In this document: piece after piece, positions 10,402 to 19,749 of the stretch
Position numbering within the stretch: the stretch's first letter is position 1
Layout: the number at the start of each line of letters is the position of its first letter
From: an uncultured Candidatus Actinomarina sp.
GTDB taxonomy: Bacteria > Actinomycetota > Acidimicrobiia > Actinomarinales > Actinomarinaceae
Direction: 5' to 3'
Assembly (NCBI GenBank): GCA_902580215.1
Contig: CACHJT010000002.1
Span: forward strand, 1,789-65,788
DNA length: 64,000 nt
Made by a program: the position numbers and the translations under genes
The notes under the pieces: model-generated
Told to the model about the DNA's origin: nothing
Databases searched by the model: none
What the model saw: the letters and a program-made list of their open reading frames with translations, nothing else

Positions 10402-11013
10402 ATAATCAGGTAGATCAATATCAGCAGAATGATTTTTATCAACTTCTGGTGTTACAAATTTAGTTTCTACAGGTACTACTCCTGACCAAATTGGAAGGGT
10501 TTTATCTGACTCTTCTTCTTTAGGCATACCAGTGCGCTGTTTTAGTGAAAATTCATCAATTGTAAATTCAAGCATTGCAGTTTGCAGCCATTCATTTTTT
10601 GTAGGCTTTCTTGCATCTTCAAACCTTCCTTTAAAAAATCTATCAACCATATTTTCAAAAGCAGCATACATAACTGTTTCATCACTAATTCTTTTAGTAT
10701 TACCAAACACAACTGCTGACTGATAATTCATAGAAGAATGGAAAAGACTTTTAGATAAAACTATTCCATGAACATCTGTTGCAGACAACGTTACATTTGA
10801 ATTATTTGACAATTCTTTAGTAATTCTTGAGCCAACAGCAGCATGAAGATAAATTTTTTCATTATAAATTGCATGTAGCATTGGAATAGAAAACACAGTT
10901 CCTTTCTGGTTAAACGACACAGTTACAAAATATGTTTTGTTCAAGAATGAAAAAAGTTCATTTAGGTCATATGAAGCACGTTCTTTTAATCTTCTTACTT
11001 TAGATTTATCCAC
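10387..11013 (-). CDS. Pyridoxamine 5'-phosphate oxidase-like flavin-binding protein (NimA-like)
   Basis: RASYD, HSSMNYQSAVVFG, W.GVVP motifs. Confidence 0.85.
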   Translation of the reverse strand: MDKSKVRRLKERASYDLNELFSFLNKTYFVTVSFNQKGTVFSIPMLHAIYNEKIYLHAAVGSRITKELSNNSNVTLSATDVHGIVLSKSLFHSSMNYQSAVVFGNTKRISDETVMYAAFENMVDRFFKGRFEDARKPTKNEWLQTAMLEFTIDEFSLKQRTGMPKEEESDKTLPIWSGVVPVETKFVTPEVDKNHSADIDLPDYLESV

Positions 11014-11166
11014 ACTTAAATAGTAAACAAATTGTTAACGGAAGCTATAAAATTTTGTATTTTTAATACATCGACAAAGTTTACTTATTAGAATTGCCTT
11101 GTAATTTAAGGAAGTTAAATTGCATCACAATTAAATAAAGGGAGCTTATGGAAGGTAGGTTAACTT

Positions 11167-11730
11167 ATGAAAAAATTTTTCACACAGCCAATTGGTGATT
11201 TAGCTCGACAAAATGCGCTAACTTTTTTAGTAATTAATTTGGTTGGTATCGGAGTCGAGTTATCAGGGTCAACAGCTTTAGATGCAGTTGATAATTTGTT
11301 TAGCTTTATATGGGGATTTTCACTAATCTCTATTATTATTGCTGGCTATTATCTTGCAGAAGGCTATGTTCCAGAATATTGGAAAATGGCAACAACTATA
11401 TTAGCTACAGTTATTATTTTTGGTACTTTTCTTGAAATTACTGAACTTGAAGATGGTTTTTTACCAATTTACTTTTTTTGGGCATTTAACTCATTAATTT
11501 ATGGATTAACTTTAAGAGGAAGTGGTATCTTTCGCCCAATTTATGAATACCTAACCATCTTTGGTGCGTTAATCATAACTATTGGAACTTCAGCAGATTT
11601 ATTTTTTGACTATGAGCTTCCAGAAGCAGTACAGATAGTAGGGCTTTTTGGATGGTTGTCTTTGGTAGTTGGAACAAGTGTAGGTAACTACTTTGCTTGG
11701 GGTGATAAAGCTGCCTCAAGCGCAGAATAA
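11167..11730 (+). CDS. Uncharacterised integral membrane protein (about 6 TM), paralog of 11748-12287
   Basis: Hydrophobic segments; shares WG.SL, VPE.W, FFDYELPEA with next ORF. Confidence 0.8.
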   Translation: MKKFFTQPIGDLARQNALTFLVINLVGIGVELSGSTALDAVDNLFSFIWGFSLISIIIAGYYLAEGYVPEYWKMATTILATVIIFGTFLEITELEDGFLPIYFFWAFNSLIYGLTLRGSGIFRPIYEYLTIFGALIITIGTSADLFFDYELPEAVQIVGLFGWLSLVVGTSVGNYFAWGDKAASSAE

Positions 11731-11747
11731 AAGAAAGGAAATAAATT

Positions 11748-12287
11748 ATGAAATCATTTTTTGCATCAACAGATAAAGAAAATGCACAACAGGCAGGTTA
11801 CTTATTTCTAATAGTTAATATTTTAGGATTTGTAACTACAGGATTAATGGGAATGGAAGCTCCTCCTGGAGAAAAATTAGTAAATTTCTTCTGGGGTTTA
11901 AGCCTAGCTGGTGTTTTTCTAACCATTAAACCATTGCTTGGTGACAATGTACCAGAAAATTGGAGAGAGGGAACAACCTTTCTTGCTGCAGCGATCTTTA
12001 CCGCTAACACTTTACTATTAGGAAGTGATGGAAATGAATTTGCTCCATTTTTCTTCTTTATATGTTTAAATATGATTGCTTTATATGCGGTATCAGAAGG
12101 TGTAATTGGTAATATTTATCGATACAGCCTCTTAGTGGGTGGAGCCATTGGAATGGTAATCTCAGGTGCTGGCGCATTTTTTGACTACGAGTTACCAGAA
12201 GCATTAATGCCGATTGGATTAGTCATTTGGCTTGCATTCATTTTAGGCCTAGGTGTTGGACCATTGCTAGCATGGCGAGATAGATAA
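11748..12287 (+). CDS. Uncharacterised integral membrane protein (about 6 TM), paralog of 11167-11730
   Basis: AGAAAGGA SD; shared motifs with the preceding ORF. Confidence 0.8.
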   Translation: MKSFFASTDKENAQQAGYLFLIVNILGFVTTGLMGMEAPPGEKLVNFFWGLSLAGVFLTIKPLLGDNVPENWREGTTFLAAAIFTANTLLLGSDGNEFAPFFFFICLNMIALYAVSEGVIGNIYRYSLLVGGAIGMVISGAGAFFDYELPEALMPIGLVIWLAFILGLGVGPLLAWRDR

Positions 12288-12928
12288 TGTATGTAAGACT
12301 AGGATTAGCTAACCCTAAAGAAGGGATGACAGAAGACGCCTTAAATTACTTTAGGGATGTAGCAATACCTGTATACGATCAAGTAAGTGGACTTCTTGGT
12401 GCTGCAGCTTGCATTAATAATGCTGGCCAGCTTATGGCATGGACTACTTGGGCGAACAATGAAGCAAAAGAAGCTGCAATGTCAGAGTTTCAACAAAACC
12501 TTTCAGGATTAGCCGATTTCATTACAGAGCCTCCAACAATACTTGAAGGGCCAATGGTTGCAGGACAACAATACATTATGGTTCCAAAAGATGGTGAAGA
12601 ACCATTTTTTGCAAGATTTGTATTAGGCGGTGGAACTCAAGAAGGTAAAACTTATGATGATGTTGCAGAGTTTATGACAAACACTGTTTATCCCGCATAT
12701 GAAAATGTTGATGGCATATTTGCTACTGCCGCATGCAAAGTTGACGACAACAGTGGTTTTAGTTTCAATTTTTGGATTAGTCATGATGCTGCACATGCAG
12801 CATCTGATGTAATTGCAGATGTTGTACAAGATGCAGTTACAAATCTAATTAAAGAAGCACCTCAAGAATTAACAGGAGAATGCAACGTTTGGAAAAACTA
12901 TGTTGATTTTCCTGTAGGAAAAATATAG
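12287..12928 (+). CDS. Tandem ABM-like (dimeric alpha/beta barrel) domain protein
   Basis: Two internal repeats of R.......P.Y..V.G.........W; paralog of 13560-14195. Confidence 0.6.
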   Translation: MYVRLGLANPKEGMTEDALNYFRDVAIPVYDQVSGLLGAAACINNAGQLMAWTTWANNEAKEAAMSEFQQNLSGLADFITEPPTILEGPMVAGQQYIMVPKDGEEPFFARFVLGGGTQEGKTYDDVAEFMTNTVYPAYENVDGIFATAACKVDDNSGFSFNFWISHDAAHAASDVIADVVQDAVTNLIKEAPQELTGECNVWKNYVDFPVGKI

Positions 12929-12938
12929 AAAGGAAATT

Positions 12939-13556
12939 ATGTTAACTAGTAAAGAAGCTCAACTTGGTAGTTTAATGGCAAGAATTGCTGCATTGGGAAC
13001 CATTGTTGTATTTGCAGTTCAAGCATTGCTTATTGGACCAGATCAGGTTGGCTATAGTACTCAGTACGGAGCTATTGTAGATATAGTTTCATTTGTTCAA
13101 ACTTTTGGAATTTTGTTTACAATTTCGTTAACTCAAAAATTATTTGGAGACAACAATCCATACTTTAGGATTGTCAGTGCAATACTATTTGTTGCTGCAG
13201 TAATTCAACTAACAGGATCACTGTCATCAACAGGTAATGCAAACAGTGTCTTTGACTCTGTTTTATCGCCAGACCAAGCAAATGCTGTTGCAAATAATGG
13301 ACAGCTTGTCACATTCCTCTTATATGGAATATGGGCCTTATGTTTAATAAGTGCTGATGTAAATAATCGTGTTCCATCGTGGGGAAGAATGTCAGGACAA
13401 GGCGCTGCTTACCTTGTGATAGCTGTTCAAATTGGAGCATTGTTTGGTTTGATACCACTAGCTGCTTTTGTTCCAGTATTCATACTTGGAGGAGTAGTTC
13501 TTTTCCCTGTTTTTGTATATGGAATAAGCATTGCATTTAGTGGAGCAGGTGAGTAG
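12939..13556 (+). CDS. Uncharacterised integral membrane protein (DUF4386-like pattern)
   Basis: About 6 TM segments, VPSWGRMSG motif, AGAAAGGA SD. Confidence 0.7.
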   Translation: MLTSKEAQLGSLMARIAALGTIVVFAVQALLIGPDQVGYSTQYGAIVDIVSFVQTFGILFTISLTQKLFGDNNPYFRIVSAILFVAAVIQLTGSLSSTGNANSVFDSVLSPDQANAVANNGQLVTFLLYGIWALCLISADVNNRVPSWGRMSGQGAAYLVIAVQIGALFGLIPLAAFVPVFILGGVVLFPVFVYGISIAFSGAGE

Positions 13557-13559
13557 ATC

Positions 13560-14195
13560 GTGTATTTTAGAATAACAATACCTTCTCTACAAGACGGAAA
13601 AAAAGATGAAGCAATTTCTTTTGTTAAAGAAAATGTAATGCCAGAGTTTGATGGCACACCTGGACTTCTAACAATGATGGCAGCTATTACAGGTGAGACT
13701 TCTGGTATTAATATGGCTGCTTATGAAAGTAAAGAAGCTGTAGAAGCAGTAGAAGAAAAAATACAAGGAGTATTGTCAGAAGCAGCTGGCATGATGGCAG
13801 CACCTCCTGTAGTTTACCAAGGTGATGCAGTTTACGGCAAGGTCTACCAGACCATGGCCAAAGAAAGCACAAGACCAAGCTATTTAAGGCTGGTTGTTGG
13901 TGTTGCGAAAGACACAGATGCAGTCTTAAGCTTTCTCAAAGAAAAAGTGGAACCAATCTATGAAGAGTCAGAAGGCCTTCAAGTAACAGGAGCTATTTTT
14001 GATGGAAGCAGCGCAATTAGCTGGAACTTTTGGGATTCTGAAGAGGACATGAATTCAGCTGTTGAAAAACTACAAGCAGTGTTGGACAGCGAATCAGAGA
14101 CCGAACTGTTTGATGGAAGCACTATAGCGTATATGGGACCTGTTTATGCAGGCAAGTTGTTTATAGATTTTAATGAAGGAGACACTCCAACATAA
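13560..14195 (+). CDS. Tandem ABM-like domain protein, paralog of 12287-12928
   Basis: VMPEFDGTPGL / VEPIYEESEGL repeats, WNFWDSEED; GTG start. Confidence 0.6.
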   Translation: MYFRITIPSLQDGKKDEAISFVKENVMPEFDGTPGLLTMMAAITGETSGINMAAYESKEAVEAVEEKIQGVLSEAAGMMAAPPVVYQGDAVYGKVYQTMAKESTRPSYLRLVVGVAKDTDAVLSFLKEKVEPIYEESEGLQVTGAIFDGSSAISWNFWDSEEDMNSAVEKLQAVLDSESETELFDGSTIAYMGPVYAGKLFIDFNEGDTPT

Positions 14196-14220
14196 ATCTT
14201 TGTGAATAGATAACGCATAG

Positions 14221-14256
14221 AAAAAAAGGGATTTTTAAAAAAAATCCCTTTTTTTT
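14221..14256. terminator. Intrinsic terminator closing the five-gene operon
   Basis: AAAAAAAGGGATTTTT...AAAAATCCCTTTTTTTT inverted repeat with T tail. Confidence 0.85.
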
Positions 14257-14282
14257 ATATTGAAAATATTTAGCATATTTCT

Positions 14283-14408
14283 ATGTTTAGAAAAATAACT
14301 CCAACAAGAGTGATTTTAATTTTACTGCTTTTGTACATACTTTTTTCAGAAGATGATACGGCAAGAAGATTTAAACAACTTCCTGAACTATTGTTAAATT
14401 ATTTTTAA
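14283..14408 (+). CDS. Small (41 aa) single-TM membrane protein MFRKITPTRVILILLLLYILFSEDDTARRFKQLPELLLNYF
   Basis: Open frame, hydrophobic core, TAGCAT -10 element 6 nt before the ATG (leaderless pattern). Confidence 0.55.
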   Translation: MFRKITPTRVILILLLLYILFSEDDTARRFKQLPELLLNYF

Positions 14409-14417
14409 AATGAATTT

Positions 14418-14795
14418 ATGAATCTTAAAGATTTCACTGGTGTTGAATATATAAATCTTATAACTTATAAAAGAGATAAAACACCTATCACAACTCCAGT
14501 ATGGGTTGCAGATTTTTCTAATTCACTAGTTATAACAACAAGTCAAAATGCAGGAAAAGTGAAGAGGGTTAGAAACAATGGCCAAGCAACAATTTACATT
14601 ACTAACCAAAGTGGTTCTAAAAAGCTATCAGAAAGCATAGACTTAAAAGCATCACTCATAGAGGATGTAGATCTAAAAAAGCAGGCTGCAGATTTAATTA
14701 GAAAAAAATATGGAATGATGGCAAAAATGATTATGAAAGGACCCGATGAAAATAGGGCAATTATCAGATTAGAAGAAAAGGGAGGTGAAAAATGA
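14418..14795 (+). CDS. PPOX-class F420-dependent oxidoreductase
   Basis: YINLITYKRD...TPVW, GKVKRVRNN. Confidence 0.85.
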   Translation: MNLKDFTGVEYINLITYKRDKTPITTPVWVADFSNSLVITTSQNAGKVKRVRNNGQATIYITNQSGSKKLSESIDLKASLIEDVDLKKQAADLIRKKYGMMAKMIMKGPDENRAIIRLEEKGGEK

Positions 14796-14830
14796 TGTGT
14801 CCTGAATGCGGATGTGAAGACGAAAGTTAA
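14792..14830 (+). CDS. Putative 12-aa Cys-rich micropeptide MMCPECGCEDES
   Basis: GGAGGTG SD at 14781-14787, ATGA overlap with the upstream stop, CxxCxC motif. Confidence 0.4.
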   Translation: MMCPECGCEDES

Positions 14831-16695
14831 GTTAAATTATCTTTGTGCCATTTTATGACGTGATCAAATCTTTGTTTTCTGTGATTTGGCGTTCCAGATC
14901 TAGAAAGTTCATGACTTTCACCTGGAAATCTTAGCATTGCTGTTTTCACACCTCTTCTTTTAAGGTTAGAAAATAACTGCTCCGCTTGCTCTATTGGACA
15001 CCTGTAGTCTTCTTGTGAGTGAAGAATGAGGGTAGGAGTTTTAATATTTGATGCATAAGTGATAGGACTTTTTTTTCTGTATAAATTTATATTTTTATCC
15101 ATATCATCGAGCAAATACATCTCAGGAAAACCTATTCCTATATCTGATGTTCCAACCATTGTTTCCCAATTGAGAAGCGCTCTTTCAACAATTGCAGATT
15201 TAAACATACTCGGATGATGACTAATAATCCAAGACGTCATGAAACCACCATATGAGCCGCCCATAATTCCGTCATTTTTATTTGTAATACCCATTATTTT
15301 TTTCATACTTTTAAATGAAGTAATAACATCGTGCATATCAGTTACACCCCATTTATTTCCACAAACGTCTCTTAAGAAATCGTGACCCCTTCCACTTGAC
15401 CCTCTTGGGTTACAAGCAATAACATTAAAACCAGCCGAAGCATAAGTTTGAAACTCATCAAAAAAGGTAAATGCATACTGGCTTGCAGGTCCACCGTGTA
15501 TATTTAAGATTGTTGGCTTATCTTTACCTACAAAAATTCCCCAAGTATCTATCTCAGATTTTCCAGTATCAATTCTTTGATGTTGACAATCCCAAGTTTT
15601 AACTTTTTTAGTAAAAAATTCATTAGCTTTAGAAATTTTTGTAAGTTGACCATTATTCAACTCGTATATTTCATCAGGATTTGAAAATGAATTTGCTATT
15701 ACGAACGTTTGTTCATTGTTAAAAGCAAAATCTTTAATGGTAACTTTTGAATTTATTAGATCTACATTGTTTGTTCCATCTCGTAGTAAAGTTTTTCCAG
15801 AATCTTCGTACAAGAAATAGAGGATAGCTTCATTCACTTCTGCTTTAACTATATTTCTATCAAATAAACGATACTTATAAGATACTTTTCCAGTGTTTGA
15901 AATTTTTAAAACAGTAGTATTTGTAGGCCAGTCAAATCTTTTTCTCATGCCTACTGCATGAAGTCCATCTTCGTAATAGAAAAGATTTCCCATACTGCCT
16001 TGCGAATAAATTTCTTTAATTTTTGAACCCTCTATTGCTCCAATTTTCTCTTCTAGCATGGTTCCTTTAGAGTTGTACTGGTCAAAAGAAAGCACTAAAC
16101 CTTTCTCTCCCTCCACCATTGATTCAATAGAAATAATATCTTTCGCATCACCATCAACAATTTTGGTAAATTTCTTAGTTTGAATGTTTACTTTATAGAC
16201 GTGAGATCTTTTATTGTAAATTATGCCTCTTGTATCAAATCGAAAAGGAAGGTTTTCATAGTACATAGGCTCGGAATTTTTATCTTCAATATTTTTAAAC
16301 TCCTTACTCCACTCACTTGTAATCACATACATTGACTTTCCATCTTTACTTAGTGAATAATTACTTATACCTCCTTCAACTTCAAAGATAGTATCTATAG
16401 ACCGGCCTACTTGCATATGGATTGTTGATAAGGCTTTTTTTGATCTACTTTTATCTTGAACAGACCTATTTGTTTTTATATAAAAAACGGTATTTTCTTT
16501 ATCCCCAAATTTTGGATTACTAAAGTTATTGTTACCTGTCTTAAAACTTTTCCACTGTCCATTACTTCTTTTCCATAGTTCACTTATATAGGTGTTTGTT
16601 TCAAAGTCCATTCGAGTGCTTTGTACCACTAAAGTGGTACCTTTCCCAACTAGGTTAGACAAGGTATTGAAAGAGTTTAAATCAGTAGGCTTCAT
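14827..16695 (-). CDS. S9 family (acylaminoacyl/prolyl oligo-) peptidase
   Basis: IHGGP, NPRGSSG, GGSYGG nucleophile, D.RCP, ESHEL. Confidence 0.9.
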   Translation of the reverse strand: MKPTDLNSFNTLSNLVGKGTTLVVQSTRMDFETNTYISELWKRSNGQWKSFKTGNNNFSNPKFGDKENTVFYIKTNRSVQDKSRSKKALSTIHMQVGRSIDTIFEVEGGISNYSLSKDGKSMYVITSEWSKEFKNIEDKNSEPMYYENLPFRFDTRGIIYNKRSHVYKVNIQTKKFTKIVDGDAKDIISIESMVEGEKGLVLSFDQYNSKGTMLEEKIGAIEGSKIKEIYSQGSMGNLFYYEDGLHAVGMRKRFDWPTNTTVLKISNTGKVSYKYRLFDRNIVKAEVNEAILYFLYEDSGKTLLRDGTNNVDLINSKVTIKDFAFNNEQTFVIANSFSNPDEIYELNNGQLTKISKANEFFTKKVKTWDCQHQRIDTGKSEIDTWGIFVGKDKPTILNIHGGPASQYAFTFFDEFQTYASAGFNVIACNPRGSSGRGHDFLRDVCGNKWGVTDMHDVITSFKSMKKIMGITNKNDGIMGGSYGGFMTSWIISHHPSMFKSAIVERALLNWETMVGTSDIGIGFPEMYLLDDMDKNINLYRKKSPITYASNIKTPTLILHSQEDYRCPIEQAEQLFSNLKRRGVKTAMLRFPGESHELSRSGTPNHRKQRFDHVIKWHKDNLT

Positions 16696-16707
16696 GTATA
16701 ACTAATT

Positions 16708-18072
16708 CTATTTGATTACTTTATCTGCCACAAGTGTAATAACCATTGAGGAAAGCAAACCAATAGCAAAAGTGTTTAGGTCAGCTAGGCCGTAAAGGTC
16801 TGTAGGAATAAATACTCCACCTGGGTTTACTTGGAGGTCTATAAATAAATACCTATAGACGTAAACGAAAATCAAGGATCCGATAAATGGAATTATAAGC
16901 AGAATATCCTTGCTAGATTTTTTTATTCTATAGAAAGCTGGAAACACAAGGCAAGCTGCAAACAAATCGGCTACTAAAAATACATTAAATATACTCGTTA
17001 CTTCAATTGAAATCACTAACGCAATACATACAACTAATAAAGTAATTAATTTAGCTTCTTCAGATTTTTTCTTAAGAATATCTAGAGAAATAGTTGATGC
17101 AATTGCATTTTCCAAAGTATCAATACTCGATGTTACAAGCAGCGTTGCCAGGGAAACGAGCAATATAATTGTAAAATTATTTAAATCAAGCTGTTCAATG
17201 AAGCTTAATGCAGGTGATTCTATCCCTTTTCCTGCACCAACTGCACCACCAATTCCTAAAATTAGAATAGTTAAAAATGCACCGATTCCAGAAAAAATAC
17301 TTGCTTGTTTTATCGCTTTTGAGTTTTCTGCTGAAAAAGTTCTCTGCCAATAACCCATCGAAAAAACCTCAGCTGCAGTTACAGCAATTATTACAGCTAA
17401 TGCAGATTTGAGACTAAAAGTTTCAAAAGAGCCAAGTCCTCCTGCATTTGCATAAGTGACTAATTTAGAAAGACTATTCTGACTTAACCAAATGGTAAGA
17501 ACAATGGCTAGTAGTAAAATTATTCCATAACTTTGAAGCTTATCAGTAAAATAAGAAGCTTTAAAACCATGTCTGAACAGGTATGCAAGTGTAGTTATTG
17601 CAATAAGCAAGCTTATTAAAATTCCACGTACAGACGATATAGATTCAAAAACAAAACTAATTGAGGCAAACTCAGCTATTAAAAAAGCCCCCATATATAT
17701 CACTGCTACTATTGAAACAATTTTTTGAGCAATATTGCCATATTTAGTTTCCACAAATTGTGCAAGGGTGGCTCCTTTCGGCAACAAATCTGCAATTTTA
17801 GGACCAAAGATATAAATCAATATAAAGGGTGTGGCTGCTGAAAGAGCATAACCATAAATGTCATATCCTAATCCATACCACGCAACTTCAGCTGGAGAGG
17901 TCAGAATCCAAAGACCCATTCCACTTGCGTAAAAACTTAAGCTTAAGCCGAGTACACCCTCTGACTTATTTAATACAAAATACTCATCTTCACTGGACTT
18001 CAAACTTCTTGTTTGAAAGTAGATCCAAGTCAATATCAATACAACTATTAAATAAACTACATTTGCGTTCAT
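16708..18072 (-). CDS. Sodium:solute symporter, likely thiamine/thiamine-precursor transporter (ThiV-like)
   Basis: SSS-family TM pattern (S..TD..Q, WQR.F.A, SS.DT) plus upstream TPP riboswitch. Confidence 0.8.
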   Translation of the reverse strand: MNANVVYLIVVLILTWIYFQTRSLKSSEDEYFVLNKSEGVLGLSLSFYASGMGLWILTSPAEVAWYGLGYDIYGYALSAATPFILIYIFGPKIADLLPKGATLAQFVETKYGNIAQKIVSIVAVIYMGAFLIAEFASISFVFESISSVRGILISLLIAITTLAYLFRHGFKASYFTDKLQSYGIILLLAIVLTIWLSQNSLSKLVTYANAGGLGSFETFSLKSALAVIIAVTAAEVFSMGYWQRTFSAENSKAIKQASIFSGIGAFLTILILGIGGAVGAGKGIESPALSFIEQLDLNNFTIILLVSLATLLVTSSIDTLENAIASTISLDILKKKSEEAKLITLLVVCIALVISIEVTSIFNVFLVADLFAACLVFPAFYRIKKSSKDILLIIPFIGSLIFVYVYRYLFIDLQVNPGGVFIPTDLYGLADLNTFAIGLLSSMVITLVADKVIK

Positions 18073-18109
18073 ACATACCTCATTCCTATAAAAGTAATGG
18101 GATTTGAGT

Positions 18110-18192
18110 CCGAGTTCCCTTCGTTAGCATTACCTAACAGGTTCTTACGGTCGGTCTTTTAAACCCTCTCAGCTTTTGCTCCCGTTACCCAA
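18110..18192 (-). ncRNA. TPP riboswitch
   Basis: Minus strand GGGAGC..GCUGAGAGG...GACCG..GAACCUGUUAGGUAAUGCUAACGAAGGGA matches the THI-box consensus. Confidence 0.92.
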
Positions 18193-18249
18193 ATACTACT
18201 AGCAATTGTAAGTAAAAGTTATCTTTTAAGACACATTACTATCTCAATA

Positions 18250-19164
18250 ATGAACTCAACCAAAACAACTAACTTAAAACAACCAACTTTGCTACAGGCT
18301 ACATGTGCAATATTGGTTGCTGCTGTTATGTGGGGTTCAGGAAATGTACTCTCTAGAAGCTTATTAATTGAAGGCATAAATGAAATATTCTTAGTTACAT
18401 TAAGAGTTACACTAATTGGTACAATATTATTTTTAAATTATTTTTTATTCATACGAGAAAAATTTCAAATAACGATATTTAAAGAAGCAACTATAACTGG
18501 AACTTTTTCTGTTTTTTCTGTAAGTTGGTTTTTTATTTATGCATTACAATATATTTCTTCTGGACTCGTAACTCTACTTATTAGCTCTGCTCCTATATTC
18601 ACCGCTCTATGGCTGAAAGTACTTTTAAAAGAAGAAAAAATTTCAAAACTTAGATATATTGCTATCGCAACTGGGTTTGTTGGGATTTGTTATTTATTTG
18701 TAACAGGCGAAACAGGATTGTTAAATGATGGAAATATCCTCCTTGGAGGAAGTCTCGCCTTCTGTGGGGTACAGTGTATTGCTCTAGCGACAGTACTTAA
18801 TAGAAAATATGCCCCTAAATATAAAGTTGCGACGTGGCTCACATATCAATATCCTTTAGTAATTATCTTGAGTATCGCTGCTTATCTAATTTTTGACATT
18901 TCACCACAGCAATTATCAACTTCTCAAATTATTAGAGTTGCAGCATTAGTTGTATCAAACCTAAGTGCATTTACTGCTTTCACCTGGCTCATTAGACGAG
19001 TCAGTGCATTACAAGTTGCATCTGTAGATTATTTAGTACCAATTGTTGGAGTGACAGCAGGAGTTGTTTTTTTAAATGAATCTTTTAATTCAAATGTAAT
19101 TGTGGCTGCAGTGTTTATATTTATATCTTTGTTAATAAACACTAAAGAAGAATTTTCAAACTGA
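18250..19164 (+). CDS. DMT/EamA family transporter
   Basis: About 10 TM in two repeats; MWGS, P.F..L....L.EE, YLVP.VGV..G..FLNE. Confidence 0.9.
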   Translation: MNSTKTTNLKQPTLLQATCAILVAAVMWGSGNVLSRSLLIEGINEIFLVTLRVTLIGTILFLNYFLFIREKFQITIFKEATITGTFSVFSVSWFFIYALQYISSGLVTLLISSAPIFTALWLKVLLKEEKISKLRYIAIATGFVGICYLFVTGETGLLNDGNILLGGSLAFCGVQCIALATVLNRKYAPKYKVATWLTYQYPLVIILSIAAYLIFDISPQQLSTSQIIRVAALVVSNLSAFTAFTWLIRRVSALQVASVDYLVPIVGVTAGVVFLNESFNSNVIVAAVFIFISLLINTKEEFSN

Positions 19165-19734
19165 GCTAATTTCTTTTTTGACTTTTTTTAGATCTTGCCA
19201 AGTCAACCATTTTGGTTTACCTTTTTCTTTTGAAGGATTTCGCAAAAGATATGATGGGTGAAAAATTGGCATATACTTGATATCTTCTCTAACTATCCAT
19301 GTACCTCTTAATTTAGAAATTGGCTCATCAATATTTAGGTACGATTGAACTGCTGTAGATCCAGCCAAGACTATAACCTTTGGTTTAATCAACTCAATTT
19401 GCTCATTTAACCATGGCAAACACTCTGCGACTTCATTTGCTGACGGCTTTCTATTATTTGGTGGTCGACACTTTACAATATTTGATATATAACAGTCCTC
19501 ATTAGTGTCAATTCCAACAGACTGAAAAGCACTGTCTAGCATTTTTCCAGCCCTTCCTACAAATGCTAATCCTTGCTCGTCTTCTTGCTGACCAGGTCCT
19601 TCACCTATCACAAAGAGTTTCGAGTTTGGATTACCCCTTCCAAAGACAACATTATTTCGAGTTTTAGACAAAGAACATTTAACACAGGCGCTACATTCAT
19701 TCTGTAAAATTTGGAATTTATTTTGGTTCACCAT
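19156..19734 (-). CDS. Uracil-DNA glycosylase family 4
   Basis: CxxC, GEGPG..ED..G.AFVG.AG, KCRPP.NR, FHPSYLLR. Confidence 0.95.
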   Translation of the reverse strand: MVNQNKFQILQNECSACVKCSLSKTRNNVVFGRGNPNSKLFVIGEGPGQQEDEQGLAFVGRAGKMLDSAFQSVGIDTNEDCYISNIVKCRPPNNRKPSANEVAECLPWLNEQIELIKPKVIVLAGSTAVQSYLNIDEPISKLRGTWIVREDIKYMPIFHPSYLLRNPSKEKGKPKWLTWQDLKKVKKEISSV

Positions 19735-19749
19735 TTTATAAAAATATTA

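Noticed and set aside
11006-11014. Perfect DnaA box TTATCCACA
   Set aside because: Single copy overlapping a start codon; no box cluster or dnaA nearby, so not oriC.
11148-11198. Short upstream frame MEGRLTYEKIFHTANW after AAGGGAG, overlapping the first gene of the five-gene operon
   Set aside because: No regulatory codon pattern or attenuator structure seen; cannot be distinguished from chance.
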